Assembly (NCBI GenBank): GCA_037443035.1
Contig: JBBIPC010000006.1
Span: 96,001-160,000 of the forward strand
Origin: Chthonomonadales bacterium
GTDB taxonomy: Bacteria; Armatimonadota; Chthonomonadetes; Chthonomonadales; CAJBBX01
DNA: 64,000 nucleotides
Reading direction: 5' to 3'
Part shown: positions 7,986 to 17,628 of the stretch, one piece after another
Position numbering within the stretch: the stretch's first letter is position 1
How the letters are laid out: each line of letters opens with the position of its first letter
The notes under the pieces: generated by a model
Seen by the model: the letters and a program-made list of their open reading frames with translations, nothing else
Database searches by the model: none
What the model was told of the DNA's origin: nothing
Made by a program: the position numbers and the translations under genes

Positions 7986-9511
7986 GGCGCGAATGTGTGG
8001 TCACCCAGAGCCTGCTGCTCACCACAGGTGCGTTGCCCCGATGCAACGGAGACGATCAGACCGGCCAATTGCCGCGCAGCGACCTCCATGGGCACAGTCC
8101 GGAGGATCCTGCCCGCATCGAAGTCCATGTCATCCGGCATACGCTCGAAGAGATCGCTCGTGGATGCGATCTTGACAATCGGCACCGGGCCAAACGCAAG
8201 ACATGATCCCCGTCCTGTGGTGAAGGCGATTAGGTTGCATCCGCCAGCAACCAGGCCGGTTACCGAGACATCGTCCATGCCAGGAGTGTCCATGAATGAC
8301 AGGCCGGAACTCCGGACAGGCTGCGCATACTCCAGCACGTCTTTCAGTACCGTGTTGCCGGCCTTTGCCACGGCTCCCAGGGCTTTCTCGTAGACGGTGG
8401 TGATACCACCTTCCTTGTTGCCAGGCGCAGGGTTGTTGTCAATACTTGCATCGTGCCGAGCCGTGTACTGTTCCCACCAACGCATGACTGCGTCGAGACG
8501 ATGTGCCACGGCGGCATTTGCTGCTCTGGCCCTGAGGAGATGGTCGGCACCGTACGTCTCCGGGCTCTCCCCGAGCACCCACGCGGCACCGGCCCGGACA
8601 AACATGTCCCCAACATAGCCCAGCAACGGGTTCGCCGTGATACCCGAATATGCATCGGACCCGCCGCACTCGGTGCCGACGATGAGGTCGCTGAGAGGTA
8701 CCGAGCTGCGCCGCGCCAAGTTAACCTCTTGGAGCAGGGCAGTGACCTCGTCAATGCCGCGCCGGATGGCCGGCCCAACACCCCCGACCTCTTGAATCCC
8801 AAGCATTCGGGTAGGCACACCCGATGCTGCAGCATCTCGCGCGATAACGTCTGCCTGCATGACCTCACAGCCCAGTCCGATGATGAGCACGCCGCCGACA
8901 TTCGGGTGGGCAGCGATGCCGCTCAGGCAACGGCGCAGCACCTCGTAAGATGCCCCGCCGATCGGGATCCCGCATCCTCCCTTGTGGGTGATCGGGTAGA
9001 TACCATCCACGTTGCGAAAATCCTCGGCGACCCTGGGACGCAGGCGCTCGACGATCGCATGGGCAACATCCGCTGAGCAATTGACTGTGGAGATCACGAG
9101 CACGCAATTGCGGGTGCCGGCGTGGCCGTGCCGCCTGCGATAGCCATGGAACGTCCTGGTGGGCAGCTCCCAGGTCGCCTCCTGCGAGGGGCCGGCCGTG
9201 TACGCGTCCCGATTCACGGCGCCCGCCACCAGATTCTGTGTGTGCACATGGCTTCCCGCGGGAATGGCGGTGGTCGCGTATCCTACGATCCAACCGTACT
9301 TGCGCACAGCCTCGCCTGCTGCAATGTCGCGGAGCGCGAACTTGTGCCCGGCCGGAACGAACTGGACTAGAGTCAACTGTGTGTCCGAGAGATGCACTGT
9401 CTCCCCGGGCCCAATATCGCGCAGGGCGACAGCGACATCGTCCTGAGGGGCGAGGCGCAAGACGTCTCGATACGGCATGTGCGATGGTTCAGCTGTTTGA
9501 CACGACGACAT
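7961..9511 (-). CDS. uxaA: Altronate dehydratase family protein (UxaA/GarD; SAF + hydrolase domains)
   Basis: SAF domain (DDVAVAL, GHKFAL, HVHTQN), GTRN, H..GCG, GLGCE, ECGGSDAYSG..ANP, NPAPGNKEGGITT, FTTGRG; start uncertain (9541/9511/9478). Confidence 0.88.
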   Translation of the reverse strand: MSSCQTAEPSHMPYRDVLRLAPQDDVAVALRDIGPGETVHLSDTQLTLVQFVPAGHKFALRDIAAGEAVRKYGWIVGYATTAIPAGSHVHTQNLVAGAVNRDAYTAGPSQEATWELPTRTFHGYRRRHGHAGTRNCVLVISTVNCSADVAHAIVERLRPRVAEDFRNVDGIYPITHKGGCGIPIGGASYEVLRRCLSGIAAHPNVGGVLIIGLGCEVMQADVIARDAAASGVPTRMLGIQEVGGVGPAIRRGIDEVTALLQEVNLARRSSVPLSDLIVGTECGGSDAYSGITANPLLGYVGDMFVRAGAAWVLGESPETYGADHLLRARAANAAVAHRLDAVMRWWEQYTARHDASIDNNPAPGNKEGGITTVYEKALGAVAKAGNTVLKDVLEYAQPVRSSGLSFMDTPGMDDVSVTGLVAGGCNLIAFTTGRGSCLAFGPVPIVKIASTSDLFERMPDDMDFDAGRILRTVPMEVAARQLAGLIVSVASGQRTCGEQQALGDHTFAPWDLGPTL

Positions 9512-9716
9512 GACGGAAGTATACTCTCCGTTTGGCGCCAATCACCGCACGAGCGTTCGGCCCAGAGTGCCTTCGTTACATGTTGCACGTGGCTCGCCGC
9601 CGCGATCCTGCAGTGTGCAGGCATGGAATGCGTTCCGTCGAACACGAGCTTGTGCAATGTCGCGTGCACAACGGGAGCCACGACAAACGCCCTGATTGAT
9701 TTCAAGACGGTATAAG

Positions 9717-11774
9717 ATGCGTACGTTTCTGCAGGAGTTGGGCCTGCTTAGAGAACGACCTACCCCCACAGTTGCTGGGGGGCGTCGGCCTTACCGGCCT
9801 CCGATCCATCCGCTGCGGCTGCTACTCTTCGGCAGGCCGATTCCCACGGAGCACCAGGAACAAGAACGCCTGCCCAAGGTGATTGCGCTCCCTGTCTTCG
9901 CGTCCGACGCAATCTCCTCGAGTGTCTACGCGAGCCAGCAGATCCTCTTTGCGCTTGGCACGGCAGGCCTATGGACTGCGACCTACGCGGAGCTCTATGG
10001 CCGCCTCACCATGACCGTGACAGCGGCTATCGTACTGCTGCTGGCGATTGTGGTGGCTTCGTACTGGCAGACGATTCAGGCCTATCCGGGTGGCGGTGGT
10101 TCCTACATTGTCAGCAAGGAGAACCTCGGCACTGGCGCGGGTATGGTAGCAGGCGCAGCCCTCCTGATGGACTACGTGCTGACTGTCGCAGTCTCTATAG
10201 CAGCAGGGGTGCAGAACCTGCTGGCGACGCCTATCCTGCAGCAGTACTCGGAGCACACGGTGGCGGTCTGTCTGCTGTTCGTGGCAGGGCTTACGCTGGC
10301 GAACCTGCGGGGGCTGAAGGAGAGCGGCACCTTCTTCGCATTTCCAACCTACGTCTTCGTCGTGATGGCGCTCACACTGATTGTGCTGGGGATAGTGGGG
10401 CCATCCATCGGCTGGACCATCCGCTCCGAAACGGTGAATCAGGACGTTCCCGTGGACCTGCGCAAGCCGGTTATCCAGCTCGGTGGCGTGAGCCTCTTGT
10501 TGCTCCTGCTGAAGGCGTTCGCCAACGGATGCGCCGCGCTGACCGGAACCGAGGCCATCAGCAACACGGTCCCGGCATTCAAGGATCCCCGGCCGAAGAA
10601 CGCGGGTGTCACCCTTGTGTGGATGGCGATCCTCCTCTCCACTCTCTTCCTGGGAGTGTCCTATCTGAGCACTAAGCTTCATGTCGTCTATTGGGAGGAC
10701 GGACTGCGGCGTGCAATGCCAGTGATCGACCAACTGTCTGGCGCCATCTTCGGCAAGGAGGGTCCCTGGTTCCGAGTTTCACTCTACTACGCCATGCAAG
10801 CAGCCACAGGCGCGATCCTTGTCCTGGCCGCCAACACCAGCTTCGCTGGCTTCCCGAACTTAGCGTCTATCATGTCCAAGGACCGGTTGCTGCCCCGTCA
10901 GTTGCAGAACCGCGGAGACAAACTCGTCTACTCCAACGGGATCGTGCTGCTCGGTGTGTGCGCGTCTGTGTTGCTTGTGGCGTTTCAGGGCAGTGTCGAG
11001 GGGCTGATCCCTCTCTATGCCATCGGCGTGTTCACGGCGTTCACGTTGTCGCAGAGCGGCATGGTCAGACTCTGGAGGAAACGCCGGAGTACCGGTTGGC
11101 GCTTGAAGGCCACCATCAACGCTCTCGGTGCGCTGGCAACTGGCATCGTTCTGGCAGTGCTGGCCGTAGAGAAGGGACCCGAAGGGGCGTGGATCGTTAT
11201 CGTCGTGGGCATTATTCTCGTGTTCGTATTTCGTGGGATCCACCGCCACTACGAACGCTGTCGTCGCGACCTCTCGATAGCGAACTGGGTGCCGAACACA
11301 TCTCCGATTACGAACACAGTCTTGCTTCTCGTGCCGACACTCCATCGCGGCATCTTTCCAGCGCTTCGGTATGCGAGGACGCTCTCGTCCGACTGTCGTG
11401 CGATTCATATCGAGGACAATCCAGAGGAAACGCCGCGGCTAGTGCGGGAATGGGAGCAGTACGTTGGCGAGGATATCCCCCTTGTCATACTGCCGTCCCC
11501 CTACAGGTCGCTCATCGGGCCCCTCATGACGTACCTGGAGGAGGTGAAACGAGAGCGCGATGACCATCTGGTGACCGTCATCGTGCCCGAGCTCAGCCCT
11601 GGAAAGTGGTATCATGCTGCGCTTCATAACGCAAACGGGCTGCTGGTGAAGCACTACCTGGGCCACCTTCCCGGTGTCATCGTGAGCAGTTTTCGGTATC
11701 ATCTGGGCTCAGGGAACGGCGCGGATGGCGACACAGTGGAGCCAGCACCCGTCAACGGGACCAGCGTACGGTGA
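9717..11774 (+). CDS. kimA: KimA/YdaO-like APC-superfamily K+ transporter
   Basis: FASDAISSSVYA, YP.GGGSY, DYVLTVAVS, ALTGTEAISN, LAANTSF and PLYAIGVF; C-terminal cytoplasmic domain with SPYRSL. Confidence 0.85.
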   Translation: MRTFLQELGLLRERPTPTVAGGRRPYRPPIHPLRLLLFGRPIPTEHQEQERLPKVIALPVFASDAISSSVYASQQILFALGTAGLWTATYAELYGRLTMTVTAAIVLLLAIVVASYWQTIQAYPGGGGSYIVSKENLGTGAGMVAGAALLMDYVLTVAVSIAAGVQNLLATPILQQYSEHTVAVCLLFVAGLTLANLRGLKESGTFFAFPTYVFVVMALTLIVLGIVGPSIGWTIRSETVNQDVPVDLRKPVIQLGGVSLLLLLLKAFANGCAALTGTEAISNTVPAFKDPRPKNAGVTLVWMAILLSTLFLGVSYLSTKLHVVYWEDGLRRAMPVIDQLSGAIFGKEGPWFRVSLYYAMQAATGAILVLAANTSFAGFPNLASIMSKDRLLPRQLQNRGDKLVYSNGIVLLGVCASVLLVAFQGSVEGLIPLYAIGVFTAFTLSQSGMVRLWRKRRSTGWRLKATINALGALATGIVLAVLAVEKGPEGAWIVIVVGIILVFVFRGIHRHYERCRRDLSIANWVPNTSPITNTVLLLVPTLHRGIFPALRYARTLSSDCRAIHIEDNPEETPRLVREWEQYVGEDIPLVILPSPYRSLIGPLMTYLEEVKRERDDHLVTVIVPELSPGKWYHAALHNANGLLVKHYLGHLPGVIVSSFRYHLGSGNGADGDTVEPAPVNGTSVR

Positions 11775-12634
11775 TTGTCTATACTAGGGATGATACAGTC
11801 AAGCTCTCGGGGGCACTGACGCGGAACCAATGGCCGACCATCAAGGCCGCGGCACGCGTCCTGATGAAGGAGCACCCTGAGGGAATCCTGATTGATGGGG
11901 GCGAACTGACGACCGTTACCCCGGAAGGAGCGCGGACATTCCTGGATGCGCTGCGCGATATCGAGGCAGTGGGTGCGCGGATGGTTGTCTGCAATATCCC
12001 TCCTGCTGTGATGGCAGTGCTCCGAGGCATGCCGGGACTCCGATCCCAGGTGGCGTTCTCCATGTCGGTGGAAGAGGCACGCGAATCGCTGCGCAGCGCA
12101 GGTGCGTGCTCCATTGGTCTGCCACTGAACGCGATTCTCGTGCCCGTGCTGTCCACGGCTGACACAGCGGCAGCGTTGCGCCTCGCTTCGGTATCCCATC
12201 GTGACCGAGGGCTGCCGGTTGGCATTGTCGGCTTCGTGGTCGTGCCACGGGAGCTGCCGGTCAGTTCTCCCCTGCCCGAGGAGGAAGCGCAGACGCAGGA
12301 GTTGCTCGGCGCGGCAACGGCCGAAGCCAGGCGACTCGGCCTGGCTTGCACTGTCCATGTCGAGCGTGTCCGCGAAATCAAGGACGGACTGCTGGCCACG
12401 ATTGCTGCTCATGAAGCAGCCATGGTTGTTCTAGCCTTGCGGATGGACCGGCTTCAGGAGGAGGACTTCCTCGACCTAGCGAGTCACTTGTTGCGCCGGG
12501 CGCCGTGTGAGGTGCTGATCGCTCGTGTAGCCGGCAAGGACTCGCCGAACGGCGGGCCGACGACCGCGAATGGGCGTGGTCCTGCACGGGCAGTGAGCGG
12601 CCAGATTCGAGGAGGAGGTGAGGGCGCACGATGA
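11771..12634 (+). CDS. STAS-domain + universal stress protein (USP)-domain fusion
   Basis: N-terminal STAS-like fold (VKLSGAL..., ILIDGGELTTVTPEG, MVVCNIPPAV); C-terminal USP (ILVPV..., LLRRAPCEVLI); GTGA overlap with kimA. Confidence 0.7.
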   Translation: MIVYTRDDTVKLSGALTRNQWPTIKAAARVLMKEHPEGILIDGGELTTVTPEGARTFLDALRDIEAVGARMVVCNIPPAVMAVLRGMPGLRSQVAFSMSVEEARESLRSAGACSIGLPLNAILVPVLSTADTAAALRLASVSHRDRGLPVGIVGFVVVPRELPVSSPLPEEEAQTQELLGAATAEARRLGLACTVHVERVREIKDGLLATIAAHEAAMVVLALRMDRLQEEDFLDLASHLLRRAPCEVLIARVAGKDSPNGGPTTANGRGPARAVSGQIRGGGEGAR

Positions 12635-13083
12635 ACGTGATCATTATGGGATGTGGGCGCGTCGGCTCGACGCTGGCGCGACGCCTTTATCATGATGGCC
12701 ACAACGTTACCGTGATAGACCTGTTGCCAGAGGCCTTTCGCCGTCTGGGGTCGAAGTACAAAGGACAGCGCATCGTGGGGAATGGGCTCGATCAGGACGT
12801 GCTCAAGCGTGCGGGCATCGAGAGCTGCGACGTCTTCGTGTCGGTTACGCAAGGGGATAACCGCAATATCATGTCGGCGCAGATCGCGAAGGAGGTCTAC
12901 AAGGTGCCGCGCGTTGTCACGCGGATCAATGATCCCATACGTGCCGACGCCTATCGGCAAATGGGTCTTGTGACGATCTGCGCACCAACCATTGTCTCAG
13001 GGCTGATCCGCGACTTCCTGACGGACGAGCATTGGGCCATCGAGCACGACTACAATCGTGAATACATCGACAGGAATCTCTAG
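12631..13083 (+). CDS. TrkA/KtrA-family RCK_N-only K+ uptake regulatory subunit
   Basis: GCGRVG Rossmann motif, VT.GDNRNIM.AQ.AK; 150 aa with no RCK_C; ATGA overlap with the upstream gene. Confidence 0.85.
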   Translation: MNVIIMGCGRVGSTLARRLYHDGHNVTVIDLLPEAFRRLGSKYKGQRIVGNGLDQDVLKRAGIESCDVFVSVTQGDNRNIMSAQIAKEVYKVPRVVTRINDPIRADAYRQMGLVTICAPTIVSGLIRDFLTDEHWAIEHDYNREYIDRNL

Positions 13084-13142
13084 ATTCGATGCAGGATGTG
13101 CGGAGCGCGAGTTCGGTTACATTCGTGAGGGGAGGCTAGGCG

Positions 13143-13808
13143 ATGTACATCGTCATCGTAGGTGGGGGTAACGTCGGCTACTACCTCGCGAAAACGCTGG
13201 CTTCTTCGTCGCACGAAGTGCTATTGATGGAGAAGGACCGTCAGGTGCATCGTATGATCGCCGACGAACTCGGCGAGATTGCCGTACAGGGCGACGGCTG
13301 CGAGGTGCGTCTGCTCGAGGAAGCCGGGGCAGCACGGGCGGACGTCGTTGTGGCGGCAACGGGCGACGATGAGGACAACCTCGTGATCTGTCAGATGGCC
13401 AAGCGGATGTTCAGCGTACCGCGGACGATCGCGCGCGTGAATAATCCCAAGAACGAGGAGCTATTCCACAAGCTTGGCATTGACGCCACGGTCAGCTCTA
13501 CGAAGATCATCTACAACCTGATCGAGCAGGAGATCCACACAGGGGATGTCATCCCCCTTGCGGCACTGAAGCGCGGCAGGTTGGAGGTTGTGGACGTAGA
13601 GATTTCGGAGAGCTCGCCGGTGCTTGGCAAGTCCATCACGGACATTCCGCTGCCGGTAGATGCGCTGATTGTGTGCATCGTTCGACACGATCAGGCTATG
13701 CTTCCGCGTGGAGACATGCGGTTCGAGGCAGGCGATGGCATCATCGCCTTGGTGAGAGCAGAGCTAGAAGCCGATCTGCGGCGCGTCTTTGCGGCCGACG
13801 CGGCATGA
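13143..13808 (+). CDS. trkA: TrkA-family K+ uptake protein (RCK_N + RCK_C)
   Basis: GGGNVG, ATGDDEDNL..CQ.AK, ARVNNPKN; C-terminal TrkA_C (SPVLGKSI, IVCIVR, PRGD..F..GD). Confidence 0.88.
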   Translation: MYIVIVGGGNVGYYLAKTLASSSHEVLLMEKDRQVHRMIADELGEIAVQGDGCEVRLLEEAGAARADVVVAATGDDEDNLVICQMAKRMFSVPRTIARVNNPKNEELFHKLGIDATVSSTKIIYNLIEQEIHTGDVIPLAALKRGRLEVVDVEISESSPVLGKSITDIPLPVDALIVCIVRHDQAMLPRGDMRFEAGDGIIALVRAELEADLRRVFAADAA

Positions 13809-14404
13809 GGGCTACCGCGATGTGGCGATCTGGGCGAGCTGCTATCGTTGCTGGCGCGGGGCTGGCGCTTCTAGGCCTATGGGCCTATGGACGCCAAAGC
13901 CCCGATGAAGATGAGAAGCGGATCCGACAGGCAGCGTTCGCGTATTACTCATCTACGATTCTGGGTGATGCTGAAGGCTGCTTGGGGGTGGCCAAGTTTC
14001 CACTGGTGGCGATCCGCGATGGAAAGGTGATGACACACACCCCCGAGACCTTGCGAAGTGTCGTGGTCGGTGTCAGCAAGCGGACAGGCATTGCGCGGAT
14101 GTCTACTGATGCGAAGCAAGAACTGCTTGGGAAGACGCTGCAGATCTTCGATGACGCCGACATACAGTTTCTTGGCGCGAATACTGCCACCGTGGTCTTT
14201 CTCGTGCGCCCTCCTGCCACAAAGGGCGAAGGCAACATCTTGGGGCAACTGGTCTTGGTGCGTTCTGGCGGTGCCTGGAAAGTGACAGCCGAGGTGTCCG
14301 ACAGCAAGCCAGGGCCACCCGAGCCCGAGCTGCCGGATCTCACGGTGCCTCGGAACCCGGCGGGAACAGGGAGCGGCGCAACTCCGCCCCGCCACGGCGA
14401 ATAA
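13805..14404 (+). CDS. Exported or membrane-anchored hypothetical protein (NTF2-like fold suspected)
   Basis: ATGA overlap with the trkA stop; N-terminal hydrophobic segment; LVRSGGAWKV terminal strand pattern. Confidence 0.55.
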   Translation: MRATAMWRSGRAAIVAGAGLALLGLWAYGRQSPDEDEKRIRQAAFAYYSSTILGDAEGCLGVAKFPLVAIRDGKVMTHTPETLRSVVVGVSKRTGIARMSTDAKQELLGKTLQIFDDADIQFLGANTATVVFLVRPPATKGEGNILGQLVLVRSGGAWKVTAEVSDSKPGPPEPELPDLTVPRNPAGTGSGATPPRHGE

Positions 14405-14876
14405 GCTCTTCGAGCACCCAGCCACCGTCCACCTGCCACCGGTCGTCCTGGCGCACCATGTGGACCTCCAACTCTTCCGCGTGTGCGGTAGTTGCTGCTT
14501 CTTGACGGGTGATCAGTACGGCCATCACCGTCGCCGTGTCGCCTTTCTCAGTAACGCGGCCAAGTCGGTAGTCCTCTAGCCGCGGAATGAGCCCGCCTGC
14601 GCTGCGGGCGAGTCTCTCCAGTGCCTCGGCAGTTGGTATGAGAAGCCGGATTGGTGCCGGGACATGGAGCCGTCTGTAGCAGAGCGCGTAGTCCTCAGCG
14701 CGCACGGCGTCGAGGAACTCGCGCAAGGCATACTGGGGGGTCGTTGGATAATAGACGAATCGCCAATAGCCGAAGGCCACGCCGCAGAGCACTGCGACGA
14801 CGAGGATCGCACGAAGTACGCCACTGCGCCCCTCAGAGGTCGGTCTGGGCGCAGGGCTCTCTTGGTCCTCGGTCAT
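14340..14876 (-). CDS. Membrane-anchored hypothetical protein (DUF4878/NTF2-like)
   Basis: One N-terminal TM; TPQYALREFLDAV and MVRQDDRWQV; ATGA overlap with the upstream hemolysin gene. Confidence 0.6.
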   Translation of the reverse strand: MTEDQESPAPRPTSEGRSGVLRAILVVAVLCGVAFGYWRFVYYPTTPQYALREFLDAVRAEDYALCYRRLHVPAPIRLLIPTAEALERLARSAGGLIPRLEDYRLGRVTEKGDTATVMAVLITRQEAATTAHAEELEVHMVRQDDRWQVDGGWVLEELIRRGGAELRRSLFPPGSEAP

Positions 14877-16363
14877 TCCGCTCGATCCTCCGTATCGGGT
14901 CCTTTCTCAGGACTTTCCTCATCTCGCGGTGAGGGCGCTTCGATGCGCTTGACCAGCACCTTCTGGATGCGGCGCCCGTCGGTCTTCTGCACGCGGAACT
15001 CGAGACCATCCCACGTCACTTCCTCTCCTTCGGCGGGCTGGTGGCCCAGCAGCCCGAAAACGAAACCTCCTACGGTGTCCGCTTCTTCTGAAGGCAGTTC
15101 GCTACCCATCCTCTCATTGAAGTCTTCGAGCGGCATCCGCCCATCGGCAATGACTGTGGATGAATCCACCTGGGCAAGCTCGGGCTCCTCGGTATCGTAC
15201 TCGTCCTGGATCTCCCCGACGATCTCCTCGAGAAGGTCCTCGATGGTAACGACGCCAGTCACAGTACCATACTCATCACGAACGATCGCGAGATGGTTCT
15301 TTGTCCGGCGAAAGTCAGCCAATAGGTCGTCCACGCGCTTGCTCTCAGGCACGAAGTAAGGAGCGCGCATGTAATCTCTCACAGTATGCACCTGAGGCTC
15401 TGCCACATGCTCGATGACGTCTTTCACGTGGACGACGCCTACGATCTGGTCGAGATCGCCATCAAATACCGGTATGCGGGAGTGTCCCGACTCCGTCACG
15501 GCGCTGATCAGCTCCAGGAGGGAGGAGTCTGCAGGCACAGCGGTGATGTCCAGTCGTGGCGTCATCACTCTGCGGACGGGTGTGTCACTGAACTCGAAGA
15601 TGGAGTGGATCATTTCTTTCTCCTCGGGTTCGATGACGCCGTATTCCTCGCTCTGCTCCACCATGAGTTTCAACTCTTCCTGACTCATAGCTGTCGGATG
15701 GAACGTCGCCTTGCCGCCCAGCGGCCTGACAATGAGGTCCGAGGCCTTGGTCACGATCGCCACCACAGGTCCTGCGAGCACCTGGAGAGCGCGTAGTGGA
15801 TAGGCAGCGGCCAGGATAATGGGTTCGGCTTTCTGCACGGCTAGGCTCTTTGGCGTAATCTCGCCGAGCACGAGGGTCAGGAAGCTCACGGTGACCATCA
15901 CAATCACGAACGCCACGAGATTCGCGTAGGTTGATGTCATGCCTCCAGGGATCGTCTCCCTCAGCCACTGTGCTAGGGGTCGCACAGCAACGTCGGCCGC
16001 GGCACCAGCCGTCAGCAACGACACGAAGGTAATGCCGACCTGGATGGTAGACAGCGTTCGTGTCGGTTCCGTCAGCATCTCAGCCACAATGCGGGCCGAG
16101 CGTCTCCCTTCTTCGACAAGCTGCTCTATGCGTGTACGCCGAACGGATAAGAACGCGGCCTCGGCCATGGCAAAGATGCCATTCACGAGTATGAGCGCGA
16201 GTACGATAAGAAGATTAGTCCCGACACCGCGCCACTGTATTGGCCCGTTCCCTAGTGGGGACTGTGCCAGAGCTGAGGATGCCACCGTGCAGAGCAGGAA
16301 GACAGCGCTCGCGGTCGCAATCGGCCGACAACGGTGTTCAGGATCTGAGTCGGACTCGTCCAC
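14873..16363 (-). CDS. HlyC/CorC (CNNM) family protein: DUF21 + 2 CBS + CorC_HlyC
   Basis: NGIFAMAE.A, TIQVGIT, GEITPKSLA, VMTPR, HSRIPV, DEYG...G.VTIEDLLEEIVGEI.DE.D. Confidence 0.92.
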   Translation of the reverse strand: MDESDSDPEHRCRPIATASAVFLLCTVASSALAQSPLGNGPIQWRGVGTNLLIVLALILVNGIFAMAEAAFLSVRRTRIEQLVEEGRRSARIVAEMLTEPTRTLSTIQVGITFVSLLTAGAAADVAVRPLAQWLRETIPGGMTSTYANLVAFVIVMVTVSFLTLVLGEITPKSLAVQKAEPIILAAAYPLRALQVLAGPVVAIVTKASDLIVRPLGGKATFHPTAMSQEELKLMVEQSEEYGVIEPEEKEMIHSIFEFSDTPVRRVMTPRLDITAVPADSSLLELISAVTESGHSRIPVFDGDLDQIVGVVHVKDVIEHVAEPQVHTVRDYMRAPYFVPESKRVDDLLADFRRTKNHLAIVRDEYGTVTGVVTIEDLLEEIVGEIQDEYDTEEPELAQVDSSTVIADGRMPLEDFNERMGSELPSEEADTVGGFVFGLLGHQPAEGEEVTWDGLEFRVQKTDGRRIQKVLVKRIEAPSPRDEESPEKGPDTEDRAE

Positions 16364-17168
16364 TGGTACCTCCGAAGACGCTCGCGTAGTCGTGGCGAAA
16401 ATAATGGATGCTGGAGTGCTGTTGGCTGGCGCTGCGTATGAGAAAGGCCCGTACCCTGGGCATGACCCAATACACAGAGGCGGTCAGGAAGATAGCCAGT
16501 ACGGCACCCAGGACGACTTGCTGGACAGTATGAATCCCCGCATCCACTCTACTCTGAGCCACGAGAGCCGCCAGCGCCAGGGCCAGCATACCCACGATGC
16601 GATCCCCACTGGTGAAGACGATCGTCATGGCAAGGAAGAAGCCGATTGCAGCATGGCCACTGATCGCTCCTCCTCTCAGCAACTCGGGGTTCGAGCGACC
16701 AGTCAGAAGCTTCGTCATGATGACCAGCGTAGTCATCACGAGAACACCGACGGCGAGCACGACCGTGACGTCGGGGCTGGAAGTGACTGGGCTGCCTCCA
16801 CCATGGGCCGGTCTGAGCGGAGACGCGCTGAAAAACACCACCACGCCGACGACAATGGCATTCACCGAGGCGACCAATACGGCACCCGCAGATACGTCCT
16901 TAGCGATTTTCGCTGCAGGATGGTATCCCTCGACGCAGAGGTCCACGACGGATTCCACAGCCGAGTTGATCATCTCTACAGCTATGACCAGTGCAGCCGC
17001 GAAGAGGAGCAGCAGCATATCCCGTGCATCGAGGCCGAGCATGAGACCGCTCATCAGTACGAGGGCGAGCATGACGAAATGCACTTGCATGTGCCGCTGC
17101 GTACGGAAGCAGTGCAGCACCCCCTCAGCCGCGTACCGAAACGTCATGGAGCCGCCCCTACCCGCCAT
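16338..17168 (-). CDS. dgkA: Diacylglycerol/undecaprenol kinase (DgkA) fused to a PAP2 phosphatase-like domain
   Basis: E.INSAVE.VVDL and AKIAKDVSAGAV; C-terminal SGHAA and SRV.AGIHT..QV..G PAP2 motifs. Confidence 0.85.
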   Translation of the reverse strand: MAGRGGSMTFRYAAEGVLHCFRTQRHMQVHFVMLALVLMSGLMLGLDARDMLLLLFAAALVIAVEMINSAVESVVDLCVEGYHPAAKIAKDVSAGAVLVASVNAIVVGVVVFFSASPLRPAHGGGSPVTSSPDVTVVLAVGVLVMTTLVIMTKLLTGRSNPELLRGGAISGHAAIGFFLAMTIVFTSGDRIVGMLALALAALVAQSRVDAGIHTVQQVVLGAVLAIFLTASVYWVMPRVRAFLIRSASQQHSSIHYFRHDYASVFGGTSGRVRLRS

Positions 17169-17628
17169 GATCCTGCTCCGCTTCGAAACGAGCTAGCGCG
17201 TGGGCAGCCAGCCTCTGCATTTCGTCCAAACCTTCTTCCGTCGCATCATCGTATCCAAGGAGGTGCAGTGTGGCGTGCGCGGCCAGCTCGGTCACCTCAC
17301 GGACGGCCGGCACGCCTCGCTCCTGTGCCTGCCGGCGGGCTGTCTCCAGGGATATGACGATATCGCCGAGGACCGTTTCACCTCCTGAGGACCTTGGCAA
17401 CGAGGCTTCTTCATGGTTCATTCCTTGCTGAGGAAAGGAGAGAACGTCCGTTGGAGAGGGCTCGCGGCGATACTGTGCGTTCAGTTCGGCAATCTCTGCA
17501 TCGTCCGTAAGGTAGACACTGACGTCCACCTCCGTGCGTTGCTGATCACGCAGCACAGCCTCCACGCCCTGACGAGCGGCTTCGACTTCCTCGGCGCCCC
17601 CCTGCGTCGCGCGAACCTCGATCAGCAT
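17158..17628 (-). CDS. ybeY: rRNA maturation endoribonuclease YbeY
   Basis: LNAQYR...PTDVLSF, LGDIVIS and H..LHLLGYD (final His is Asp here). Confidence 0.92.
   Translation of the reverse strand: MLIEVRATQGGAEEVEAARQGVEAVLRDQQRTEVDVSVYLTDDAEIAELNAQYRREPSPTDVLSFPQQGMNHEEASLPRSSGGETVLGDIVISLETARRQAQERGVPAVREVTELAAHATLHLLGYDDATEEGLDEMQRLAAHALARFEAEQDHGG

Noticed and set aside
9542..9716. Possible c-di-AMP (ydaO) riboswitch upstream of the kimA-like gene
   Set aside because: I could not find the conserved GCTGAATCC, GGGGTGAATC or CCCGTCAGCTAAC elements.
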